A stretch of 45,940 bases of DNA. Source: Dimorphilus gyrociliatus (Eukaryota; Animalia; Annelida). Made by a program: the position numbers and the translations under genes. The DNA lies in assembly GCA_904063045.1 (NCBI GenBank), contig CAJFCJ010000154.1, positions 1 through 45,940 on the forward strand. Direction: 5' to 3'. A model generated the notes under the pieces. That model was not told where the DNA came from. It saw only the letters and a list, made by a program, of their open reading frames with translations, and searched no databases. This document shows positions 33,309-44,357 of the stretch, piece by piece (within the stretch, counting starts at the first letter, position 1; the number at the start of each line of letters is the position of its first letter).

Positions 33309-35432
33309 TTAAAGCTCCTTTCTTGTATCTTCTTTTATACTATCAGTTTTTTCTTCTTTTATTTCTTCTGTAGCTTCAATGGGACTTTTTGTTTCTTCCT
33401 TGATATTTTCTACAGATCCAAATATTTTCTTTCTTATTTTTTCTGTTATACCTTCGTCTTTCTTTTCTTCTTGTTTCTCTTTTTTATTATTTTGATTTTC
33501 TTTATTTTCTTCTACAGTTTCAATAGGATTTTTTGTATCTTCCTTCTCCCTCTCCTTTTTCTCTTCTTCTTCTTTTTTCTTTTGTTCTTCTTTAAGCTTC
33601 TTTTCTCTCTCTACCTTATTTTTATAGGTAGTTACCTTTTGGAACATAAGTCCTTCAAAATCTATCTGTTTGTTAAGAAATTCGGTATATAAAATACTTG
33701 TATCTTTCTTCGCTTCTTTAAACCATTCGTTTAATTTATCAAATTCTTCTTGGTTTTCATTTAAAGCATGGACTTCTTCTATCTTAGTGCTCTGTTGTAT
33801 CTCTTTAATATAGTCTTCTAATATTTTGATACCAGAGCTCCTTTTTTCGACATCCTTCTTTAGTCTTTCATTCTCTGATTTATACTTATCTAACAAGAGG
33901 TTATATTTTTCTTTTTGGGCATAACTGCTGTTTTTTAAAAGACTTTCTTTTAAATTAGTTAATTCTTCAACCTTTTCCTTTGCTAAGAACTCTAAATTAA
34001 TTTTTTGTTTGATGTTTCTATAAAACTTTTTATTGCAATTCATTTCTTCTTTAAATGTGTGACTGTTTACGTAAATTTCAGGATAAGTTTTTGATTTGTG
34101 ATTCTCAATATTATTAAAGAGACCTTCCAATGTTTTGTTATCTAAAGAGTGTAAATTTAGCCATTTTTTACAAAAATCGTAACTAAAAATTGATTTGAAC
34201 ATAAAACTATTGTCATCTTTAGTTCCTACTAAATAGACATCGAGTTTATTAGAATCTATATTTCTTTCTTCAAGAACTGCTTTTATTTCATTTTCAATAC
34301 AAGATACGTCATTTTTAATTGTTTCTAAGTATTTGTTAAACTCTACCATTAAGTTATACAAAAAGAATTTAACATCTTCTATGACGTAAACTTTTTTACT
34401 CTCTTCGTATACAAATACTTCTAAGAGTTTGAAATATTCGTCTTTGTCTATATTTAAGTTACTACTTAACATTTCTAATGTGCGACAATATGCTTTTGAG
34501 ATATCACAATATAAAGTATACTCGTTTCTTTTATCTTCTCTTATCAAAGGATAAAAATTAAATTCATTGTTTCTTATTTTTTCTACAGTTTCGTCATCAG
34601 ATTTTTCTATATTCTTACAAATTTCTCTAACCTGTTCTCTTAAGTATTTTAGAATGAACTCTTCAGTAAGCATTTTTGAAATCTTGTTTGTTGATTTTCT
34701 ATATATTAATTTATCAGTGTATAGAGAAAAGACTGTTTTAAATGAGTTTGTATTTATTATAAGTGAATTTTGACTACCTTTTAACATAAGAGACTCTGGA
34801 ACTACCTTTTTTATTTTGTAGTTTCTAAAGGCTTTAAATAGGAACTTGGAAAAGTCTTCTAAATTTTCTTCTGCTTTTATTTTGGTATGAGTTGATTTTT
34901 CTTCATTTGTTTTCTCTTTTGTTTGTTCATCTTTTGTGCCTTTCTCTTGTACTTCTTCTTCCTTATTTTCTACAGTTTCTTCGTTTTTTAATTCATCTTT
35001 CTTTTCTGTAGCTTCTTTGTTATTTAATTCATCTTTCTTTTCTGTAGCTTCTTTGTTATTTAATTCTTGTGTAGAAACAAAGTCCTTGTAAAAACTATCC
35101 GGAAGTATCAAAAACAGGTCATAGTTCCTGTAGACATTAAGCTTTTCCACTACTAAGTCTAAAACATCAGATTTTAACATTTCTGTCTCATAATTAAAAA
35201 CTTTGACAACTTTATTTTCTACAAATGTTTCGTAATCGTCTTGTATAAAATTATTTAAATTAGAAATGATATTATAATTCCCAAGAGATGAAATCTTATC
35301 TTTAAGAAAAGCTAAACTTCCTTTAATCTTTTTTTTATTATTTGTATTCTTTATTTGATAGTGTAAATCATCGGTAAAATGACATATAAGTGTACTAAAA
35401 GAATCTAATATTTGTAAGAATATAAGTGACAT
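33309..35432 (-). CDS. Divergent ER Hsp70-like protein, probably Lhs1/GRP170
   Basis: Hydrophobic N-terminus; IKNTNNKKKIKGSLAF resembles IVLNKESKRK.PS.VAF; KLDVYLVG; an acidic/Lys-rich tail ending in RKEL (KDEL-like). Confidence 0.5.
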   Translation of the reverse strand: MSLIFLQILDSFSTLICHFTDDLHYQIKNTNNKKKIKGSLAFLKDKISSLGNYNIISNLNNFIQDDYETFVENKVVKVFNYETEMLKSDVLDLVVEKLNVYRNYDLFLILPDSFYKDFVSTQELNNKEATEKKDELNNKEATEKKDELKNEETVENKEEEVQEKGTKDEQTKEKTNEEKSTHTKIKAEENLEDFSKFLFKAFRNYKIKKVVPESLMLKGSQNSLIINTNSFKTVFSLYTDKLIYRKSTNKISKMLTEEFILKYLREQVREICKNIEKSDDETVEKIRNNEFNFYPLIREDKRNEYTLYCDISKAYCRTLEMLSSNLNIDKDEYFKLLEVFVYEESKKVYVIEDVKFFLYNLMVEFNKYLETIKNDVSCIENEIKAVLEERNIDSNKLDVYLVGTKDDNSFMFKSIFSYDFCKKWLNLHSLDNKTLEGLFNNIENHKSKTYPEIYVNSHTFKEEMNCNKKFYRNIKQKINLEFLAKEKVEELTNLKESLLKNSSYAQKEKYNLLLDKYKSENERLKKDVEKRSSGIKILEDYIKEIQQSTKIEEVHALNENQEEFDKLNEWFKEAKKDTSILYTEFLNKQIDFEGLMFQKVTTYKNKVEREKKLKEEQKKKEEEEKKEREKEDTKNPIETVEENKENQNNKKEKQEEKKDEGITEKIRKKIFGSVENIKEETKSPIEATEEIKEEKTDSIKEDTRKEL
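34986..35066 (-). repeat. 36-bp coding tandem repeat (ELNNKEATEKKD, about 2.3 copies)
   Basis: Visible in both DNA and translation. Confidence 0.9.
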
Positions 35433-35546
35433 TGGAGGGGTAAAAAATAAAAAATAAATATTTTTTTTGAAAAAAAACTGTATAAATTTTATTAATGTTA
35501 ATTTACTAAAATATAGGATATAATAAGTTATAATCTACCCTTAACG

Positions 35547-36485
35547 ATGTGTTCAAAAAGCAGAAACTTAAAAAGCGTTTTTAATTTTTATAAAACCATA
35601 TCAAAAGAAATTCGGTCTAATTTTTATTCTATGAAAATTAATTTCAACTCAAATGACAATTTACTAAACAATCTTTTTAAAGACGTAATAGAATCTATAG
35701 AATCTACAAGACTTTCAGAGTCTCCTCAAAGGTTTGGAAACTCGTCATTCTTATTGTTTATAAACTCGTTAAACTCTATTTATGATAAATTTGTTGAACA
35801 AATAGAAGATAAGCATTTCTCAGAGATGATGAAAACAAACAGATTTTATTTTTTAGAGTCCTTTGGAAGTAAGAGAATAGATTATGGAACAGGCCATGAA
35901 CTTAATTTCTTTTGTTTTATATTTTTATACCAAAAACTAAATACTAAACAGCCATCAAAGAACATAGAATTTAATAAAACATCATCTGAAAGCCTCATTT
36001 CAATTTTCTATTTAAACATTTACTTTAGAATAATAAGACGAATTATTATTAAGTTTAATCTAGAGCCTGCTGGTTCGATAGGATTGTGGGGGATTGATGA
36101 TTTTCAAGTGCTTCCATTTCTTTTAGGATCTAATCAACTAAAATTGAGGAATGACGTAAATTTTGAAGACATTTTAGAAAAATTTCCAAAGACAAAAGAA
36201 CAGTTTGAAAATTATAATTGGTTAACAAAAGAGATGATTTTTGGTGTATTACCAATAAAATTTAGCCCAGAGTTGAATATATTAGAAGAAGCAATAGAAT
36301 TTTGCTACCTGAATAAGTGTAAATTGATTTTTAATAAGTTTAGCGTCCATTCTAGAAGGCTATATTTAATGAAAAAAGACAGTTGGGACTCAATTATAGA
36401 AAAATTAGAAGAATATTGGGTTGATAATGTATTAAAAAATCAACAAGTTTTACAGCATTTTAAGTCTAGTTCAGAATTAAATTAA
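35547..36485 (+). CDS. PTPA: PP2A activator PTPA (Rrd1/Rrd2 family)
   Basis: QRFGN, RIDYGTGHELNF and LEPAGSIGLWGIDDFQVLPFLLGS motifs. Confidence 0.97.
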   Translation: MCSKSRNLKSVFNFYKTISKEIRSNFYSMKINFNSNDNLLNNLFKDVIESIESTRLSESPQRFGNSSFLLFINSLNSIYDKFVEQIEDKHFSEMMKTNRFYFLESFGSKRIDYGTGHELNFFCFIFLYQKLNTKQPSKNIEFNKTSSESLISIFYLNIYFRIIRRIIIKFNLEPAGSIGLWGIDDFQVLPFLLGSNQLKLRNDVNFEDILEKFPKTKEQFENYNWLTKEMIFGVLPIKFSPELNILEEAIEFCYLNKCKLIFNKFSVHSRRLYLMKKDSWDSIIEKLEEYWVDNVLKNQQVLQHFKSSSELN

Positions 36486-36557
36486 ATTTCCTTAATTAGA
36501 TTTTAAGTGAATTACTGTAAAAGTACTTTAAAAATTAAATCCATCAACTATTTTTAA

Positions 36558-37202
36558 TTAATCCTTTCTCAACTCCATAACTCTTTTCTCAACACCTTCT
36601 CTTTTAATTACGTATATTTCTAACTCATCTCCAGTCATTACATCTCTTTCACATACAGAATTAAAACATTTAAAAGCTAATCTAACTGAATCTTCAACGT
36701 CAAGATCTACATCATCTTTAAATATAGAATCCAGTAAAGGTTGTACCATTTCAGCACCTGATCCATAAACAATAGCCCTTTCTCTCTTATAAGAGCCTAC
36801 AGGGTCAAAACTATAAACAGCAGGACCTTCTGAATCAAAACCAGCAACAATACTAAAAGCGTAATACATGAAAAATCTTTTTGAATACAAAATGTTCATT
36901 AAAAGATGGGCTATTTGATCTATGTTTATTTCCCTATTATTCTGCGCTGAATACAACCTTATTCTATGCTCTAGTTGTATACTAACCTCTTTTATGTCTC
37001 CAAAGAAACCAGTAGCTGTAAAAAATGAATTATGAATTGGAAATATTTTTGTTGTAGATCTGCTGTTTATTGTTGTATGAGAAGAGTTTCTGGTATCACT
37101 TGCCATTATTATAAAGTCTTTACTTATAAATGATAGAGTAGTACCAGTGTTATTATCATATGGATTGAATTCATCGGATGTTTTTGTATGAGTAGATATC
37201 AT
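36558..37202 (-). CDS. PRE7: 20S proteasome subunit beta-6 (Pre7/PSMB1)
   Basis: FNPYDNNTGT, LYSKRFFMYY, FDPVGSY and ERDVMTGD motifs. Confidence 0.95.
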   Translation of the reverse strand: MISTHTKTSDEFNPYDNNTGTTLSFISKDFIIMASDTRNSSHTTINSRSTTKIFPIHNSFFTATGFFGDIKEVSIQLEHRIRLYSAQNNREINIDQIAHLLMNILYSKRFFMYYAFSIVAGFDSEGPAVYSFDPVGSYKRERAIVYGSGAEMVQPLLDSIFKDDVDLDVEDSVRLAFKCFNSVCERDVMTGDELEIYVIKREGVEKRVMELRKD

Positions 37203-37497
37203 TTAAGGGTTGTTATGTTTTATTTAATTAAATTGGAGAAGAGTTTCTCTTACTTTAAGAAATAAATAACTCTAGAATTAGGTTAATTTGCTGTTAAAAT
37301 TGGTTTTGTTAGCTTTTTATGAAATGAATTATAAAACTTGATAAGAATATTTAAATGTCATAAACTTTTAATGTAACCTTAAAAAAATATTGGTAAAATT
37401 GGAAATTAAAAACGGAAATTGAGAAATAAAATATTCTATTTTCTAACAAATTTTCAAACATGTTATAAATTGATCTAAAGACAAGAGGGGTACAACA

Positions 37498-38487
37498 ATG
37501 GTAGAAAACAATTATAAATTAGGGATGACTGCTTTATCATTAGTAGAAAACAATAAAGGAATATACGCTGCTGATGAAAGTCCAAGCTCTCTCGACAAAA
37601 AATTTAAAAGTTACAAAATTGACAATACTTATCAAAATAGACTAGATTTGAGAAAATCTTTATTTAAAACCAGTAAAATTAACAATATGATAAGTGGTGT
37701 CATTTTACATGAAGAGACTTTTACACAGAAAGATGATAATGGTAAATTAATAGTTGAGTTTTTATTAGAGCAAGGAATACAACTAGGAATTAAGCTAGAT
37801 AAGGGGTTAAGAGAGTTAGAAGAAGAAAAGATATCAATAGGAATCGAAGATCTTGAAAAAAGAATACAAAGTGACATTTTTAAAAAAGCAACCTTTGCAA
37901 AGTGGAGGTCCTTGTTTTACATTAGTGATGAACTTCCTAGTCAAAAAGCAATTGATGAAAATGTAGAAATTCTGTCCCAATATGCAAAAATATGTCAAAA
38001 GTATGATAAAGTACCAATTGTTGAACCAGAAATACTTTGGAAGGGAAGTTATACTATTGAAAAGAATGCTAAAATAGCAAAGCTGATAATTTCAAAACTT
38101 TTTGCAAAGCTAAATGAGTACGATGTTTACATTCCAGGTGTACTATTAAAAGTAGGATTTATAACAAATGGAAGAGATGATCCAATGAGTACCCCATCTG
38201 ATGTATCTCTACACACTCTCCAAACTCTTTTATCTTCTGTTCCAAATGGTGTTAGGGGTATAGTTTTTCTAAGTGGTGGACATCCACCAGAAGAGGCCTT
38301 TGAGTACCTCCAGAAAGTCAATAAGGAGAAAGGAAATCGTACTTTTTCACTATCTTATAGTTATGGTAGAGCTCTTTCCAATGATTCATTAGAAGCTTTT
38401 GGACAGAAGTTAGGAGAATATGAAATACAATCACGTTTCTACAAAAATCTGAAAAAGTGTCACTCAGCCTTAACAAAAACTGATTAA
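37498..38487 (+). CDS. FBA: Fructose-bisphosphate aldolase, class I
   Basis: GIYAADES, GIKLDKG, FAKWR, VPIVEPE, IVFLSGG and SYSYGRAL motifs; GGGG motif upstream. Confidence 0.97.
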   Translation: MVENNYKLGMTALSLVENNKGIYAADESPSSLDKKFKSYKIDNTYQNRLDLRKSLFKTSKINNMISGVILHEETFTQKDDNGKLIVEFLLEQGIQLGIKLDKGLRELEEEKISIGIEDLEKRIQSDIFKKATFAKWRSLFYISDELPSQKAIDENVEILSQYAKICQKYDKVPIVEPEILWKGSYTIEKNAKIAKLIISKLFAKLNEYDVYIPGVLLKVGFITNGRDDPMSTPSDVSLHTLQTLLSSVPNGVRGIVFLSGGHPPEEAFEYLQKVNKEKGNRTFSLSYSYGRALSNDSLEAFGQKLGEYEIQSRFYKNLKKCHSALTKTD

Positions 38488-38657
38488 GTATTAATTAAAT
38501 AATCTTTAGGCTTTTTAAAACTTGAAATGAGTTGTTTTTATTTTAAAATTTAATTAATTTCTATAAAAGTTAAAAAAAGTCTTTTCTCAAAAAATTAAAA
38601 TACGCTTTAAATTCAAAGTATGTAAAAACGGGGGTTTAAAAGCTTTAATAATTCTCA

Positions 38658-40399
38658 TGTCAAATAAAATACATTTTACGAATAAACTACATGGCAAAAT
38701 CCTATTAAATTAGTATAAATTTCACAAAGATGAATTATTTTAACCCTTATTTCCATGAATTTGGTCGGATCAAATAAACTACATGATAATTTAATAGGAT
38801 TTCATTTTTTATTTAATACAAAATTTTACCATAATTTTTTTTTGGAAACACTCCAACAAATAAACTACATAACTAATTTAATAGAGGTTTACAAATAAAA
38901 AAATTGCTAAAAAATGTATAAAAATGGTATGAATTTACTAACCANCCCGTATACCTAAAATTTCAAATGCTATTGACAGGCAGAACATTTTAAATTTTAT
39001 TTCTTCACGAAGAATACCTCAGCAATTAAATCCTGAAGAAAAAAGACTATTTATCAAAAAGGCAAGGAATTTTCTTTTTATACAGAACAAACTCTACTTG
39101 GTAACTTCTGGTCTTAAAAAGCTATATATTTGTGATTATGAAACAGAATTGAAGAAAGAAATAATAGAAAAAGAGCATCTACCAGGACATATCTGTGCAA
39201 GGAAAGTCAAAGCTAATGTTGACATTTTATATACAAACATCAAGCTATGTGATATAGATGACTATATAAGGTGCTGTGTTGGTTGTCAGCGAGAGGTTCC
39301 TATTGCCAATGTTACACCACTAATTCCAATAGAAGTTTTTAATGTTCATGAAAGACTACAGATTGATATTATAGATTTGAGTAGATATAGCAACGAAAAT
39401 AATGAACATAAATACATTTTAAACTGTATAGATTGTTTCTCTAAATTTGTTTTCAGTTATAAGTTATTAGACAAAAGAGTAGAAACAATACATGAGATTC
39501 TTAATCAGTTATTTTACAACGAAGGTCCCTGGAAAGTCTTACATAGTGACAACGGAAGAGAGTTTAACAATGAGCTAGTAAGAAATCTATGTACTACTTT
39601 CAATATTCGGTACATAAGAGGAAGGCCCAGACACCCACAGTCACAGGGTGTAATTGAAAGATTTAACCAAACACTAAAAAAAAGATTTAGGAAGGCGTTA
39701 GTAGAGTCAACAACTTGGGTTAATAAACATAGAAGTATAGTCTATCAATATAACAATTCTATACATAGAGCAACAGGGCTAAACCATTTGTATTGTTTCG
39801 AAGTGTTGATCCAATAATATAGAAAATAATAATAGTTTTACCTTTCAAACTGCCAGACTTAATTATTTAAATTATGTTAATGAGTACCGTAATGAATACA
39901 ATAGAAGAATGGATCAAAATGAGATTGTTATTGGAGCAAGATATTTACTTGCTAGAGACTTTGATAGTAATCCAAGAACAAGAAGACACTCATTAACTTC
40001 TTTATATCATGACGAGATATATGTACTTATCAACAATAATAATAATAGCTTAACTATTAAAGATGAAAATAATAATTTTAAAACAGTGTCTAGAGGTATG
40101 GTAAAAAGAATAAATGAATAATTCAAACCATTTTTATATATTTTTTATCAATTTTTTTTATTTATAACCCCTATTAAATTAGTTATGTAGTTTATTTGTT
40201 GGAATGTTTCCAAAAAAAAATTTATGGTAAAATTTTGTATTAAATAAAAAGTTGAGGTCCTATTAAATTACCATGTAGTTTATTTGACCCGACCAAATTC
40301 ATGAAAATAAGGGTTTAAATAATTTATTTTTGTGAAATTTATACTAATTTAATAGGATTTTGCCATGTAGTTTATTTGTAAAATGTATTTTATTTGACA
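38658..40399 (+). mobile_element. Ginger-like integrase DNA transposon B (relative of A), defective
   Basis: TGTCAAAT...ATTTGACA termini; TIRs of about 280 bp (about 38658-38935 and 40120-40399). The integrase spans about 38951-40121, lacks an ATG and has two 1-nt deletions near 39780-39820. Confidence 0.9.
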
Positions 40400-40403
40400 C
40401 GAC

Positions 40404-40601
40404 ATAAATTAATATAAAAATATAATATATTCTTATTCTTAATACACTTGTAATATTCATATATAAAAAAATTAAATATAGAGTATTTTAGTATAAATTA
40501 ATATAAAAATATAATATATTCTTATTCTTAATACACTTGTAATATTCATATATAAAAAAATTAAATATAGAGTATTTTAGTATAAATTAATATAAAAATA
40601 T
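40404..40601. repeat. Perfect 89-bp tandem repeat, about 2.2 copies
   Basis: The unit starts at 40404, 40493 and 40582, immediately right of element B. Confidence 0.93.
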
Positions 40602-40999
40602 AAATTATGATAAGTATTTTAATATAAATTAATATAAAAAATAAAAAAATAAAAATTAAATATTTATTTATTTTATAGCATTGGAATAAAAACTTTTAAT
40701 TACAGAAAATAGAAAATTATTTTTTTTTGGTAATTGATTTATTTGACATCTTTTTTATTTTAAAATTTTTATTTTTTAAATCTGTTTTCTATTTTTATAA
40801 GATTAATTATGGAAATTTTAACTTACCAAAAAAGAAAATTTAATTATTCATGAGTTTTTACTTTTATTATTTATTTTGTACTTTATCTTTAAATATTAAA
40901 TTTTCTTAAACTTAACTCATATTAAATTTTCTTAAAAATATAACTTATATTAAATTTTCTTAAAAGTATAAAATGGCAATTTTAAATCCCCTTTTAAAT

Positions 41000-41502
41000 A
41001 TGTCAATCACAAAAAGTAGAATAAAATCATTTTTAAGCTATACTACTATTTTATTAGTTTATACTATTTATATTCAATTAAAGTAAGTTCAATGGTATTC
41101 TTAGAATTCAAATTTATAAACAGAGAAGTGTTTATAGAATGTAACTTTCCATTAATCTGTCAACTTAGAGGAAATGATATAATGTTAGGAAATGGCTATG
41201 ATGCGTTTTATAGTGGTTCAATATGCTGTATTCCTTTATTCCTTGTATTTTTAATCAAAGTATTTTTTATAGTATTTTCTAGAAACAGAAATGGTAGTAA
41301 AATATTAATTTATTCTCATGCAATACTATTTATTGTTTCTACAATACTGTTTGCTTCTGTATTGTCTACATATGCTACTAGTAGATCTATATATGGATCA
41401 CTTTATATTTACAGAAATCATAATTGGTGGTATGTTATTACAATAGGAATTGAAATATTGTCTTTTGTTTCTATCATAACTTCATGTTTCATTAAATTCT
41501 AA
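41000..41502 (+). CDS. Small multi-pass membrane protein (about 166 aa if a 1-nt deletion near 41067-41069 is restored)
   Basis: CCCC...ATG at 41000. The track ORF 41092..41502 has three hydrophobic segments, and the upstream part adds a fourth. Confidence 0.6.
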
Positions 41503-41976
41503 AATTAGAAACAATTCTTAGTATTTTATAATTTTAAATCAATAGAAAATTAAATTGCTTATTTTAATAATAAATTTTACCGTATTTTATTAAAATGGAA
41601 ATTCGTTTAAAATTAAAAATACTTTAAATTATTTTATTTATAATTCATACGTTCTTTATTAAATACAAAATAAACTAAAATTGTATTTATATTTCAAATA
41701 AATAGAACAAAAAACAGCTGTTTTATTAAATGTTAAAATTCACTCGCAAAAAGTTTAATTAAAAATACTTTATATAGATTTTTTTCTAATTTTATAGTAT
41801 TTAAATGATTTCATTCATATTAAAATATAAAATACTCGATGTAATCAAAATATCTTATCTTTAATCTTAATAGTTTCAACCAATTATTATAAAATGATAT
41901 TTTATATTTTATTAGAATGTATTTTTAAACTTTATGCTTTTAAAAAATTCACTACAGTTTCTTTATTAGCTATTTC

Positions 41977-43554
41977 TTATCTTTTAGGACTGGTATGGTG
42001 TTTATAAACTTTTAAACGCTGGTTATACAAAAATGTGATATTCCGGTCTTCAAGGCTAAGTTGTTTATACGAGCTTAAATGTAATTCTTGGAGTTTCTTA
42101 AGGTTTGACAAAAAAGAAGTGGGGTGTTTTTTGAGGCCACATCCTGTTATATTAAGCATTTCTAGTTCTGTTAATTTTGAAATACTTCAAAGTCAATCTT
42201 ATTTAGGTTACGATTGCCTCTTAAATCTAAAAATTCGATGCTTTTCAAGTTACTTAAATAGCCGAGAATACCAAACCCAATACCACAATTATTCAAGTGT
42301 AATTCTTCTAATTCAGAGAACTTCGAAATTGACACGAAATCTTCAGAATTTAGGTGTTTATTACCTGCCAAAGACAATTGTCTGAGGTTTTTGAGTGGTC
42401 TAAGTTCTTTAACAAAACCAACTGGTAGCATACAGTCAGCCAAACACAAACTTTCCAGTCTCTTCATACGTGAAATTGCTTTTGCATCGTTATTTGTGAA
42501 GCCTTTGTTCTTTCCTAAATACAATTTTCTAAGGTATCTAAATCTTCCAGATAATCCAACAATCCACTTTTTAAGTCACAGTCAAACAAACCTAGCTCCT
42601 CTAGTTTTTTTAGTGAAGAAATGGCCATGATGTCTTTTTTTCCTAAAAACTTATTAAGTGAGGCGTCCAGCTTTCTAATACTTTTTGAGCCTTTAATTCC
42701 AGCAAGCATATTCTTTTCAACTATTGTATTACAAACTCTGAGCCACGAATATTTTTTAATTGTGATATGCTTAAGAAATTCTGCAGATCCAGCTTATTGT
42801 TACTTAAATCTAATCGTACTAGCATATGAAGATTTTCTATTTTACTAAATACATAATAATTCATTGCGCATTTATTCAAGATAAGAACTTCTAATTGCTG
42901 CAATTTAAATACTGAAAAGTAGTCGTTGTCATCCAAACAGCTATTTTTTGATATATCTAAGTATTCTAAATTTACCAAAGACCTTATATGCTTAATAATT
43001 CCCTTCTGAATATTACACGCCCTTAAGCTTAAAACTTTGAGGTTAGTAATACTAAATACTACCATATAATCTTCCTTAGTAAGTGAAGGGTTATATGACA
43101 GGTTTAACTCAGTGAGTTTTGTTAAGTTTATAAGCTGAGATATCAAATTCCCTCTTAAATTACAATTATAAAAGCTTAAAACTTCTAAACCTTTTAGCAT
43201 TTTTAAGTAAGCAAAGTCGTATTCATTTAAATTAGAATCATCGTCAAGAACCAAAACTTTTACACTTGAAGTAGGATTTTCATACTTCGATGATGTTTTT
43301 AATATAAAATTATTGAGGAGGTGAGGATTTCTTGACCTTCTAGTAAAAAGCGGGGCTCTTTTCACATTAGTATGTTCTTCAGCATTAATATCATCGAATT
43401 TTCTAGTTTTATTTATCTGTGATGATTTTACTGAAATATCATCTTCTACAAATACACAGTCGTTTTTAGTACATTCTACTATTTTTACATGAATTGTTAA
43501 GTATATAAAAGCTAGTAGTACCATTAAATAATTAATTGCTTCTATTTTTGACAT
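41977..43554 (-). CDS. LRR protein with N-terminal hydrophobic segment, broken by three 1-nt deletions (about 42745, 42525, 42175)
   Basis: Track ORFs 42721..43554, 42515..42709, 42171..42524 and 41977..42159 join into continuous LRRs (NIRWLRVCN, LEKLYLGKN, FSKLTELEMLNIT) by adding one base to TT, A4 and T3 runs. Confidence 0.8.
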
Positions 43555-44357
43555 AAGTGTGGGTCATAAGAAAATCTAAATTTTATATAATACCAATAAG
43601 GAAAGAATTCATAAATCGTTTATTTATTGATTGTTTTTATATCTCAAAGCTTTTTACAAAGCAAATTTATGTATTTCTAACATTTTTAGAAAATAGTCTA
43701 TAATTGAAATTAATTTGTATTTTTCTTTTAGTTTCAACTTTTGATATAAAAGTATTATTTGAATTAAAACACGTATAAATATCATTTACCTAGCCATGTT
43801 AGGATTCTAAGTATACTTCTAAATACGGTATTTTATAAATATATGTTTATAAGTTATAAAATTCTAACAAAAGAAATAAATTTATAAAAACAGTTCAAAG
43901 ACCAATTTCTGTATTATTTTAAAAAACCAAATTTTACTTTTTATTTTCATAAAAATATAAAATTGAATAAATTTATAATAAATAGAACATAAAATTCAAT
44001 AAAAACTTAAGTTTAACTTCTAGAAAAGTCATTTCATTCACTTTCTAATTTAAATACAACTTTTTAATTAAAATTTATATTTTGAACACTAGTAAACTTA
44101 GCACTCGCTTTAAACACCGGTGGCTGAATAAATAAACCATTGAAGATAAATACTTGTTTTCTACTTTATAATAACTTTTTGTAAACAACATTTTCTATAA
44201 ATATTTTCCCTTTTTTAGTGGTTTGTGCCTCCTTTTCAATATACATCTTTAAATTATTGGGTCTAGTATAGAATAAAGGGATATATAATGAATAGGGGAT
44301 ATATAATAATAATAATTCATTTTTGGAATAAATAAAAATTAATAAATGAGTTTTATT

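Noticed and set aside
5621-40601. Tandem repeats as a CRISPR-like array
   Set aside because: The units are directly adjacent with no unique spacers, the context is eukaryotic, and there are no cas genes.
41083-41104. GTAAGT...TAG as a 22-nt spliceosomal intron
   Set aside because: Splicing gives the wrong frame and an early stop, and there is no branch-point motif. A 1-nt homopolymer error explains the break.
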